Below are positions 8,531 through 16,336 of a DNA stretch of 44,018 nt, in pieces. Position 1 is the stretch's first letter, and every line of letters starts with the position of its first letter. The notes beneath the pieces are model-generated. The model did not search any database, was not told the origin of the DNA, and saw only the letters and a list, made by a program, of their open reading frames with translations. The stretch is from the sequence record NC_047806.1; one strand, given 5' to 3'. A program made the position numbers and the translations under genes. This stretch comes from Escherichia phage vB_EcoP_B.

Positions 8531-8828
8531 ACTTATGAACTACCTTAATACGTGCAATAGTATCGAGAGGGTAGACATAACTAACACATTCACCATCTTC
8601 AACCTCTTGTACATTTACACTAGCCATAGTGTCACAAAGTGAAAGGCTCAATTGATGACAAGTTTCACCTTGAGTAAACTCTGGACCACGATAGGCATCT
8701 GCTTGTTCCACAGTAGTGATTGCTGTATCGTCTTCTTTAGCCAGACGAGTGTGACCTGCAACTTTACGCTGCTCTAGATCACGAAAGATGATACCTACAT
8801 GTTTAGCTTGAATCACTTCTTCCATCAT
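8529..8828 (-). CDS. hypothetical protein (99 aa)
   Basis: ORF track; AAGGAG SD. Confidence 0.45.
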   Translation of the reverse strand: MMEEVIQAKHVGIIFRDLEQRKVAGHTRLAKEDDTAITTVEQADAYRGPEFTQGETCHQLSLSLCDTMASVNVQEVEDGECVSYVYPLDTIARIKVVHK

Positions 8829-8834
8829 AACTCC

Positions 8835-9212
8835 TTATTTAGTCAAGTTGTCCAGTTCTATTTCCAGCATAACAATCTCTTTCTTCAGGCTGTCAGATGC
8901 AGCTTGATTTACAAGAGCAATTGATGCCTTGTTCTCTTCAAATTCAGCTTTCAGGCTGTCACGCTCTTGCTGGTGACGTGCCAGCATATCTTCTACCTCT
9001 TTGACTTGACGTGCATTTAGTTCATCACGAGATGCATAGTAGCGGTTATGACAGTCAATCATTTGAGAACTACGATGTTCTTCAACTTTAACTTGCTCTG
9101 CCTGTACTGCTTCGATGCGAGCCTCAATAGCTTTGATAGCCTTGGACTTGAACTTATTAGCAAGACCACGAAAGTATTGAGCCACGAATACCAGAGTAGT
9201 TACCATAGACAT
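8835..9212 (-). CDS. hypothetical protein with N-terminal hydrophobic segment and coiled-coil-like remainder (125 aa)
   Basis: ORF track; ATAGGAG SD; promoter at 9278-9299 upstream. Confidence 0.5.
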   Translation of the reverse strand: MSMVTTLVFVAQYFRGLANKFKSKAIKAIEARIEAVQAEQVKVEEHRSSQMIDCHNRYYASRDELNARQVKEVEDMLARHQQERDSLKAEFEENKASIALVNQAASDSLKKEIVMLEIELDNLTK

Positions 9213-9277
9213 ATTTATATCTCCTATATTTATTTAATTACCTATACTACCTTATAAACCTAGATTACCTAGGCTTT

Positions 9278-9299
9278 CCTTCTATAGTGTCCAGTAAAT
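9278..9299 (-). promoter_or_regulatory. phage RNAP promoter
   Basis: ATTTACTGGACACTATAGAAGG. Confidence 0.7.
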
Positions 9300-9581
9300 C
9301 ATGTTAGACTAAATAAGTAGGAATAAGTTATTCATAAAGGCCACTCGTAAGTGACCTTGAGTATAACTCAGTCGTAGTTACCATCACAATCTGGGTCAAT
9401 GCCAGAGAAAGCCCAGAATACTACCATAAATAATATGACTCCAAGAATAATAAAAGATGCCTGCATCAATCGTAACCCTCCTCTTCATCAGGTATATCTA
9501 ATCGCATACTTCCATAGCAAGCAAGCATAAGGAATATAAGAAAGAAGGTGGAGAATAGGCAAACAATATCAAACCTGTCCA

Positions 9582-12128
9582 TCAGTGTGTTTCCTTCCAA
9601 CTTGCACCAATCTTATACTCACCTGCCATCGGACAACGCATCTTCAGGTACTGACCTGCCCAAGTCATTGCATCGGCAATGATATGCCCTGCACGGTGAT
9701 AACGACGCTGGCAATGAAGTACACCAGCATCAGCATCAACACTAACGAGATTTGCAGCAGACCACATACGTCCTTCAGAATCCACATGAACACGTTTCTC
9801 CTCTGCATCGAACACTGCTTTCACAGCAGCCTTCTCTGTTTCGAACCCTTCTAAGGTGAAAGGCAAGTCGTAGTTGAGATACAAGACCTCATCTTCAGGG
9901 ACTTCCATCTGGATTTCATCGTGCACGTTAGCTATACCGCAAGGGTTTCCCATGCTATCTAAGGCCACACCTTCCTTGCGCATCACTGCAAACGCTCTGA
10001 CCAATGCGTATTTCATACACAGAGAACCAGTCATCTGGAGTAGTACGTTAAGCATAGTGTGCTCTTTAAGTTCACCACCAGACATACGGATGCGACCCCA
10101 ATGACCATCAGGTGCTTGTAGGTAGCCAAACTTGTTACCTTGTGCGATAACATTCTCACGAAGACGTGCAAGAGATGGTAGTTCAACCTCAAATCTTGCC
10201 ACAACTTCCTCCATTTCTTCCTCAGTAACACCACATACTGCTGCAAGGTTAGCTATACCAGACCCATATAGGAAGGCATATATAAATGTCTTCGCCATGT
10301 CACGCTTAGGAAGACCAGCCTTCATTTGATTATGGGTGTGAATGTCACCATGCAGTACAATATCTTGATATTCAGGGTCATTCATGAAGTGAGACAGTAC
10401 ACGTAGTTCAAGACCAGCACCATCACAACCAAGGATTAGCTTACCTTTACCGGCTATGAATAAATCACGTAAAGGATACAAACCACGGGCAGGAATATTA
10501 ACCACGTTACGATGACGCATACGGAACGTAGAAGTTCCAATACTAATAGCAATAGCTGGCACACGCCATTCTCCGTCATCCTTGTCTGACGTAGGCCAGC
10601 ATCCGTACCTTTCGTAGTATTGCTGCGCATTGATTCCTAACTCCTTGTTAAATGCTACAGGTACAAGGCCGCGACACTTTCGTATACCAGCTTGCGAAGG
10701 CCACACCCCCTTCTGGTCGAAGGCTTCAACGTCACCACGGTTGAGGATCTGACCACGACGGGATACGAGTATGTACCATGCAGCGATACCCAAGCACCAA
10801 TCAGGGACTGTTTTACCTTCACGTGCGGCTCTCTCTTGCCATAAAGTAAGGGACTTTTCATTTATCTTCCCACTCCAAGGCTTGGGTAATACGCCATGCT
10901 CATCGAGATGCGCTTGCTCGGTATCGTTAAATTCAACACCTTTCCATCCATAATCATAGAGCACTTGCTTAACTGTATCCCTGTTACCCAAGGGAATCTC
11001 TTCGAAAGTAACAGGCGAGTAAGCGCCAATCCACTTGATGCTTGGCGTGTCATTACGGTTTCCTCTAAGGTGAGGAAAGTCTTTCTTGACGCTAGCCGAC
11101 CAATCACCAGACTTAGTAGTGACACTCCATACTGTCTTGCGATCTCCTCGTCTCTCTGCGTGAAGAAAGTGAGAGGGGTCAAGGACAGTAGGTATATTGT
11201 TGCTAGCTCCATACTCATTTGCGCGTTGGCATACTTCATTCTTTTCTTCCGGTTTAAAAGGTTTAGACTTGATACGCATAGGCATGTGCGGACGGAACGC
11301 TGCGACTGTCTCATCAATCTTAGCGTCCAATTCCTCGCATCGTGCTAATGCTTTATCTATATCCAGACGGAATCCACGCTCGGCCTGACGGCTCATCTCC
11401 AGCGCCACAATGGACTCCATGTGGAAGGCTGTCTCAATACCTAGGCCAGTGCGTTTATTCACGCCACGGCGTTTGTGCTCCGTCCATTCTCCGTTAAATA
11501 GCCAGAGGAATAGGTCACGGCCTATCGCCACGTCCTCGCGTACACGATGTACCATGTGGTCAGTTAGTTTAGACCAATCCTCGTTCTCCGGCTTATAACG
11601 GCCTATACGAATGCCGTGCGCCTCAATTGAGTGAGGGGCTACGTTACCCATGCCTTTGGCGTATGCTTGCGGAGGGAGGCGTCTATCGGGGTTTAACAGG
11701 CGACTCATGACCAGCGTATCCATGACGCGTACCGGACACAGGTCAGCGCGGAGTCTGCCCTTGCCGCGTCTCTCGGTATAGTTAAAGCCTTTCCAGATAT
11801 CAGGGAATGCTTTCTCAAATAGAAGGCCGTCGTACCCTAGGAAGTTCTGTGAGACGATGGCTTCGCAGTGCTTAAGGAAGTTAACACCGTCAACCAATGT
11901 TCCATCTTGATGGCCTTCCCATTCTTTTAGGCGTTCTCTTGCTTCAGGGTCACGCATCTCGTATGGGTCAAAGAAGAGGAACTCCTCTGTAGTAAGCAAA
12001 TCCATGCAGCAAATGATGTGCACATCTTCGCGGTGGCCATATCGGATAGCATCCAGCAGGCCTTTAGCCTCAGAATCCATCACTAAGATGCGGCCTTCTG
12101 CTTCCTTCTTCCAATCAATTGATTTCAT
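9582..12128 (-). CDS. DNA polymerase (family A, T7 gp5-like), 848 aa
   Basis: ORF track 9582..12161 trimmed to ATG 12126-12128 with GGAG SD; motifs GCDGAGLELRVLSHF, KTFIYAFLYGSG, VHDEIQMEV match T7 DNA polymerase motifs A/B/C. Confidence 0.85.
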   Translation of the reverse strand: MKSIDWKKEAEGRILVMDSEAKGLLDAIRYGHREDVHIICCMDLLTTEEFLFFDPYEMRDPEARERLKEWEGHQDGTLVDGVNFLKHCEAIVSQNFLGYDGLLFEKAFPDIWKGFNYTERRGKGRLRADLCPVRVMDTLVMSRLLNPDRRLPPQAYAKGMGNVAPHSIEAHGIRIGRYKPENEDWSKLTDHMVHRVREDVAIGRDLFLWLFNGEWTEHKRRGVNKRTGLGIETAFHMESIVALEMSRQAERGFRLDIDKALARCEELDAKIDETVAAFRPHMPMRIKSKPFKPEEKNEVCQRANEYGASNNIPTVLDPSHFLHAERRGDRKTVWSVTTKSGDWSASVKKDFPHLRGNRNDTPSIKWIGAYSPVTFEEIPLGNRDTVKQVLYDYGWKGVEFNDTEQAHLDEHGVLPKPWSGKINEKSLTLWQERAAREGKTVPDWCLGIAAWYILVSRRGQILNRGDVEAFDQKGVWPSQAGIRKCRGLVPVAFNKELGINAQQYYERYGCWPTSDKDDGEWRVPAIAISIGTSTFRMRHRNVVNIPARGLYPLRDLFIAGKGKLILGCDGAGLELRVLSHFMNDPEYQDIVLHGDIHTHNQMKAGLPKRDMAKTFIYAFLYGSGIANLAAVCGVTEEEMEEVVARFEVELPSLARLRENVIAQGNKFGYLQAPDGHWGRIRMSGGELKEHTMLNVLLQMTGSLCMKYALVRAFAVMRKEGVALDSMGNPCGIANVHDEIQMEVPEDEVLYLNYDLPFTLEGFETEKAAVKAVFDAEEKRVHVDSEGRMWSAANLVSVDADAGVLHCQRRYHRAGHIIADAMTWAGQYLKMRCPMAGEYKIGASWKETH

Positions 12129-12334
12129 AGATTGCTCCAAAGTATTTAACCCTATAACCAAGTCCTAATAAAGAATTAGGTGTTAGATGAGGATAGTTAT
12201 ATGCTAATTCATTGTGGTACTTATCAAACAAAGCAGCCTCTTTCTTAGACCTGCAATGCCCACACTTACCATCAATACGACTGCGATAACCTTTACCGCA
12301 AGAGCAAACCTTACTGACTTTAATAGCTTTCATA
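12115..12334 (-). CDS. small zinc-ribbon-like protein (about 72 aa)
   Basis: ORF track 12115..12360; better SD before internal ATG 12332-12334; CSCGKGY...CGHC cysteine pairs. Confidence 0.4.
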
Positions 12335-12456
12335 CATTGCCTCTGTTTCGTAGTAGTCATCTGAACGTTCAGGTTTTGAGTTCATTGAATCTTGGAAATC
12401 CCAATCAGAATCATAATCACGTGGCATAATGCACCTCCAATCAATATGATGAAAGG

Positions 12457-12474
12457 CTGTCTCACGTGTGAGAC
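12457..12474 (-). other. GTCTCAC..GTGAGAC palindromic hairpin element
   Basis: tgtctcacgtgtgagaca; intergenic. Confidence 0.5.
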
Positions 12475-12504
12475 AACCCTTTACTTATCGACTGCGTGTT
12501 ACAG

Positions 12505-12693
12505 TTAATTTCTGGCCCATGTATTTGCCTTGGTGTGGCTCCAAGTTGCCTCTTTGATAACTTGCTCGCGCGTCAGGCTATTCTTCTTTGCTTCAGCCAT
12601 AGTTAACTGTGCAAACAGGAAGGCTTGGTTAGTAATTTGTGCTTGCAGGTCTTCGTGACCATCAAACATCTTAAGACTGTGTTTATTTTGCAT
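12505..12693 (-). CDS. hypothetical protein (62 aa)
   Basis: ORF track; ATG start, weak SD. Confidence 0.35.
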   Translation of the reverse strand: MQNKHSLKMFDGHEDLQAQITNQAFLFAQLTMAEAKKNSLTREQVIKEATWSHTKANTWARN

Positions 12694-12901
12694 GTTTCAC
12701 CATAAAGCTGCCGATTACATTAAACTCCTCACGGAACTCTTTTTCAGTCCAATGACCGAAAAGTTCCATCTGAAAACTTGCACTAAGACTGGCACCTATT
12801 AATGCAAACCCCTTTGAAGTACCATATGTCTTGACACCATCTGGTGCTACAACTGCATAGCATTTATGAGGTCCACGCATATAAATTAATACCTTAGTCA
12901 T
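12683..12901 (-). CDS. hypothetical protein (72 aa)
   Basis: ORF track; strong SD CTAAGGAG. Confidence 0.5.
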   Translation of the reverse strand: MTKVLIYMRGPHKCYAVVAPDGVKTYGTSKGFALIGASLSASFQMELFGHWTEKEFREEFNVIGSFMVKHAK

Positions 12902-12911
12902 GATTAACTCC

Positions 12912-13595
12912 TTAGATATTCACGTAGGTTTCTTCAGTAACGATAGGTAGGTACAGTAATTCTTCACCATTTAAGATGTGAAGACCCTTCAACCCTTGCT
13001 TACGAATAATACCTTCTATAGTGTCGGCGAAATGATTATTAGCTACACGCCGTGGTGTGCCATGCTCTGTGATTGCATGGTCAACATCCAAGATTCGCAC
13101 AGGCACATTTGGGTGCATCATAGCTTCACCAATTTTCACCATAGCTTGCCCTGTGGATTTACCCAATGCACGAGTATTGAACTGTGTAACACCTAATGCA
13201 GTGCCACATTGCTTAATCATTTCACTTTGAGTCTTACCAGTGATTACATTGCGACGCTCTTTCTTGAGTGTGGTTTTCTTTTCTGCCATGTACTCTGCTA
13301 GTGTTTGAGGACCAGCACCATAATAAAGAGGAGCTAGGAAATTCTTAAGCATCTGGCGAGCACATTTATCGCAAACCTCATCATGTATGCACTTACATTG
13401 ATTGTTTATCTCTACAATCTTTTCAAGATATTTATGTGCTGTTTTCTTGTGGTAAGAAGCCTTAATACCATCCTCATATTCTACATGATACATGTTCTCA
13501 CTTATACGATCCACTACACCACGGCAACGATAACGACGTGAGGCTTCATTGATGTTACGAACATAATCACCTGCATTCAATACTAATTTATACAT
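12912..13595 (-). CDS. hypothetical protein (227 aa) with Cys cluster
   Basis: ORF track 12912..13670 trimmed to ATG 13593-13595 with GGAG SD (the track's N-terminal extension covers an intergenic hairpin); CKCIHDEVCDKC cluster. Confidence 0.5.
   Translation of the reverse strand: MYKLVLNAGDYVRNINEASRRYRCRGVVDRISENMYHVEYEDGIKASYHKKTAHKYLEKIVEINNQCKCIHDEVCDKCARQMLKNFLAPLYYGAGPQTLAEYMAEKKTTLKKERRNVITGKTQSEMIKQCGTALGVTQFNTRALGKSTGQAMVKIGEAMMHPNVPVRILDVDHAITEHGTPRRVANNHFADTIEGIIRKQGLKGLHILNGEELLYLPIVTEETYVNI
13013..13033 (-). promoter_or_regulatory. phage RNAP promoter-like sequence inside coding region (divergent -17..-8)
   Basis: ATTTCGCCGACACTATAGAAG. Confidence 0.4.
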
Positions 13596-13635
13596 AATCA
13601 ATCTCCAGTTATTTAATATATACTTAATAAGAGCC

Positions 13636-13653
13636 TGTCTCACATATGAGACA
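13636..13653 (-). other. GTCTCAC..GTGAGAC palindromic hairpin element
   Basis: tgtctcacatatgagaca; between helicase stop and next gene. Confidence 0.5.
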
Positions 13654-13673
13654 AGCCCCGATAAATACACTAA

Positions 13674-15662
13674 TCAGAACTCACTTTCTTCATCGAAGTT
13701 AGTCTCTTCTATAGTGTCTGGTAAATCAGGTACTTCTTGTTGCCTTGCTTCACCTGTATCAAATGACTTAGTACGAGCTTGTGGTTCCATTAAACGTCCG
13801 GTTTGAATGTCACCCTTGAGCATGACCTTGGTTCCAGTGTAGATACCTTGGTCGCGGTCTTTGACACATGAGATGTACGTGGTAGTCCTTTCATCAAGCG
13901 TTTCAGCTCTTGTATTACGCTCAATCCCCAAGGCGTAAGATGCCCAGAATCCGATAGCGCCTGAGCCTCGGAAGTCAGAAAGGATAACTTCGCCACCTTC
14001 TTCGTGTTGGGTACGGTTTGCCGGAGGACGTGTAAGGTGAGAGACAAGGAAAATCGTAACCGCATGTCGATCTTTGATAGTACCAATTCGTTTGACGCAT
14101 TCATCAAGTGCACCAACCTTCCCACCAAAAGCACGCTCATCTAATTTAATCCCCGTTAAGTTATCAATGATGATATTAGAAATGCCCATAGCCTCAAACT
14201 CTAGGCAAGTTTGCTCTACCTTCTCCATAGAATAGTCACCCTCTAGGTCAGCTACAAACAGCTTCCCTGTATCAGCTACATAATCAATGGCGGCATTAGC
14301 CTCTTCCTCAGTATAGTCGAACACCTCACGGTATCCGTCTTCTTTCGGGTCATTGGTTGGCGGTAACTCAATGCGCTTATCAATCCACTTACCGATAAAA
14401 GCACGGGACACCTTGACCATCGGGTCTTCTGTAGAAATGATGCCTACAGATTCACCATGTTCTTCAATAAGATGTTTAACCACTTCGCGGAGGAACTCAG
14501 TCTTACCTACACCAGAGCCTGCACCTACAATGATAAGCTGGTTCTTACGAATACCTAGCGTTACCTTGTTCAGCTTAGGCCAAGGCCATGATAGCCCTTG
14601 CTCTGGACGTGCAGCCTTGAGCTTATCCCTTTGAGATGCGATAGATTTAATATGGCTACCAAAGACTTCATCAGATGACTTGGCATTAAACCAAGCATCA
14701 ACAAACTCTTTAGCCTTGCCAGCCATCAATGCCTTGTTAGCATCTTTGCAACCAGAAGGGTATTCAAGGATATAGGATTTGCCAGGAAACAGGCGAGCCG
14801 CTTGCTGATTCTGCTTCTGCCCTACCTCATCTCCATCAAAACCCCATATAATCTTCTTAAATTGGGCGATGTGTTCACGGTTCTGTACTATCTCTTCAAG
14901 GCAAGACTCACCTTTATTGACAGACCATACATGGTAAGGCTGGCCTTCCCACTTAGTACCCTTGGCAGAATCAAGGAGCATTTGCTGTGCTGCTAGTGCA
15001 TCCAGTTCGCCGCCGACAATGAGCAAGTGATCCTTTCGTCTTCCCTTGTCTAACACGTGAGACAAAGTATTCATCCCGAAAAGATCTTGCATACCAAAGA
15101 GTTTACCTAAATGACCAAACTTAAAGTCTTTAGGTAATGTGCGACACTTAGCGCCTACTAGTTCACCTTTCTCGAAGCGTGGATAGTAATGCCGTGAGAC
15201 TCTACCCTCTTCATCGTGTCCGACACGTACATCATACAATGCGCAAATGTCGCCGCGAATGTGTCGGGAAACAAGATTCTTACGCTTAAGCGTGAGGAAC
15301 CATTCAACATCAAGTTTCCACTCTGCTTCTTGGTCTGCCCTTTCTTGCTCATTCATGACCTCCCATCGGTCTTTCATACGCATGCCACCAAGTGCGATGG
15401 CGCGTAACTTAGGGTCGCTTATCTTCCCTTCCTTCTCCATCTCTTTGAATTGAGAAGGTGTATATTTGATATTGCCAGTAATAGGCAACTCGGTGATCTC
15501 GATGCCACCATCTGGCTTATGATAGTAAGGCTTGCCGTTATCGTGGAAATGACCACGGTTACAATAGCCAGCACCATCATCAAATATCATGAGATGATTG
15601 CCGGATTTATCGTGTCCATTCTTCTGGCAGGCAGGGCACGGGATGTTATTAATAATAGCCAT
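13674..15662 (-). CDS. bifunctional DNA primase/helicase (gp4-like), 662 aa
   Basis: ORF track; N-terminal zinc ribbon CPACQ...CNRGH, Walker A GAGSGVGKT, acidic C-terminus ending ...FDEESEF; AAGGTG SD. Confidence 0.85.
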   Translation of the reverse strand: MAIINNIPCPACQKNGHDKSGNHLMIFDDGAGYCNRGHFHDNGKPYYHKPDGGIEITELPITGNIKYTPSQFKEMEKEGKISDPKLRAIALGGMRMKDRWEVMNEQERADQEAEWKLDVEWFLTLKRKNLVSRHIRGDICALYDVRVGHDEEGRVSRHYYPRFEKGELVGAKCRTLPKDFKFGHLGKLFGMQDLFGMNTLSHVLDKGRRKDHLLIVGGELDALAAQQMLLDSAKGTKWEGQPYHVWSVNKGESCLEEIVQNREHIAQFKKIIWGFDGDEVGQKQNQQAARLFPGKSYILEYPSGCKDANKALMAGKAKEFVDAWFNAKSSDEVFGSHIKSIASQRDKLKAARPEQGLSWPWPKLNKVTLGIRKNQLIIVGAGSGVGKTEFLREVVKHLIEEHGESVGIISTEDPMVKVSRAFIGKWIDKRIELPPTNDPKEDGYREVFDYTEEEANAAIDYVADTGKLFVADLEGDYSMEKVEQTCLEFEAMGISNIIIDNLTGIKLDERAFGGKVGALDECVKRIGTIKDRHAVTIFLVSHLTRPPANRTQHEEGGEVILSDFRGSGAIGFWASYALGIERNTRAETLDERTTTYISCVKDRDQGIYTGTKVMLKGDIQTGRLMEPQARTKSFDTGEARQQEVPDLPDTIEETNFDEESEF
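13706..13726 (-). promoter_or_regulatory. phage RNAP promoter inside 3' end of helicase gene
   Basis: ATTTACCAGACACTATAGAAG. Confidence 0.6.
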
Positions 15663-15880
15663 TAGTTCACCTTAATAGTTCTGGGTTGGTAAGAGTCAGC
15701 TTTTCTACGCTTAGAGATAAACTTCTTTGCATCCCTTTCGGTGCAGAAGATAGCCTCTGTATCAGTATAGCCAATAGGCATCATACACGTGACCCATATT
15801 AAGCCTAATACTTTACGTTGCACTATGTAGCACTCTTGCCCGTGACTATTTAAACAGGTCTTGATTCTGTATTTAGCCAT
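15662..15880 (-). CDS. hypothetical protein (72 aa)
   Basis: ORF track; ATG 15878-15880; stop overlaps helicase start (TAATG). Confidence 0.45.
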   Translation of the reverse strand: MAKYRIKTCLNSHGQECYIVQRKVLGLIWVTCMMPIGYTDTEAIFCTERDAKKFISKRRKADSYQPRTIKVN

Positions 15881-15883
15881 AAC

Positions 15884-16012
15884 TTAGAACCCCCACGCAG
15901 CGCGTTTAGATGCACGGTCACGGACAGGTTTATTCAGCTTCTTGCCTTTCTTCTGCCCTTCTTCCATGTCAAAACGGTTAGCTTTACGGGTCATCTTCTC
16001 AAAGTTACGCAT
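15884..16012 (-). CDS. gp1.1-like small basic protein (42 aa); not in ORF track (<60 aa)
   Basis: ATG 16010-16012 with GGAG SD just downstream of promoter 16038-16060; translation MRNFEKMTRKANRFDMEEGQKKGKKLNKPVRDRASKRAAWGF resembles T7 gp1.1 (MRNFEKMT..., from memory). Confidence 0.5.
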   Translation of the reverse strand: MRNFEKMTRKANRFDMEEGQKKGKKLNKPVRDRASKRAAWGF

Positions 16013-16037
16013 GGTTAAATCTCCAAAGTGAGTTAAT

Positions 16038-16060
16038 CTTATCTATACTGTCCGGTAAAT
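16038..16060 (-). promoter_or_regulatory. phage RNAP promoter variant (upstream of gp1.1-like ORF)
   Basis: ATTTACCGGACAGTATAGATAAG (C-to-G change in core). Confidence 0.5.
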
Positions 16061-16065
16061 ACGAA

Positions 16066-16081
16066 GTCTCACATGTGAGAC
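16066..16081 (-). other. GTCTCAC..GTGAGAC palindromic hairpin element
   Basis: perfect 16-bp palindrome gtctcacatgtgagac, 5 nt upstream of promoter 16038-16060. Confidence 0.55.
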
Positions 16082-16084
16082 AAC

Positions 16085-16223
16085 CTAGGTCTGCCCTTCC
16101 TCTAAGTGGTAATAAGAGGAAGGAAGAAGGTAATAGGTATTCCTAGATAACCTATATAACCTTTAATACCTATTACTTCCTTTATATCCTTTATCTTCCC
16201 TTTCTTTCCCGTCTCCGACGGCT
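16085..16223. other. AT-rich repeat-containing spacer between tandem phage promoters; candidate primary replication origin
   Basis: non-coding, AT-rich, repeated AGGAAG/TATTACC/AGGTTAT motifs; flanked by promoters 16224-16244 and 16038-16060 (T7 origin sits in the analogous place). Confidence 0.35.
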
Positions 16224-16244
16224 ATCCTATAGTGTCCGGTAAAT
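16224..16244 (-). promoter_or_regulatory. phage RNAP promoter (first after RNAP gene)
   Basis: ATTTACCGGACACTATAGGAT. Confidence 0.6.
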
Positions 16245-16247
16245 AAA

Positions 16248-16263
16248 GTCTCACATGTGAGAC
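16248..16263 (-). other. GTCTCAC..GTGAGAC palindromic hairpin element
   Basis: perfect 16-bp palindrome, 3 nt upstream of promoter 16224-16244. Confidence 0.55.
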
Positions 16264-16298
16264 ACGTTTTATGTTAATGAAATGTTACAGGTAGTAGG

Positions 16299-16327
16299 TA
16301 AAAGAAAGCCACTCCCGAAGGAATGGC
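16299..16327 (-). terminator. intrinsic terminator after RNAP gene (early terminator candidate)
   Basis: RNA GCCAUUCC-UUCG-GGAGUGGC (8-bp stem, UUCG loop) followed by CUUUCUUUU. Confidence 0.55.
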
Positions 16328-16336
16328 CTATTAATA

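Noticed and set aside
7447-8538. 363-aa plus-strand ORF
   Set aside because: Entirely antisense to the SSB gene and its neighbours; low-complexity translation, no SD, and no other plus-strand coding in the genome.
13790-14140. 116-aa minus-strand ORF
   Set aside because: Embedded out of frame within the primase/helicase gene.
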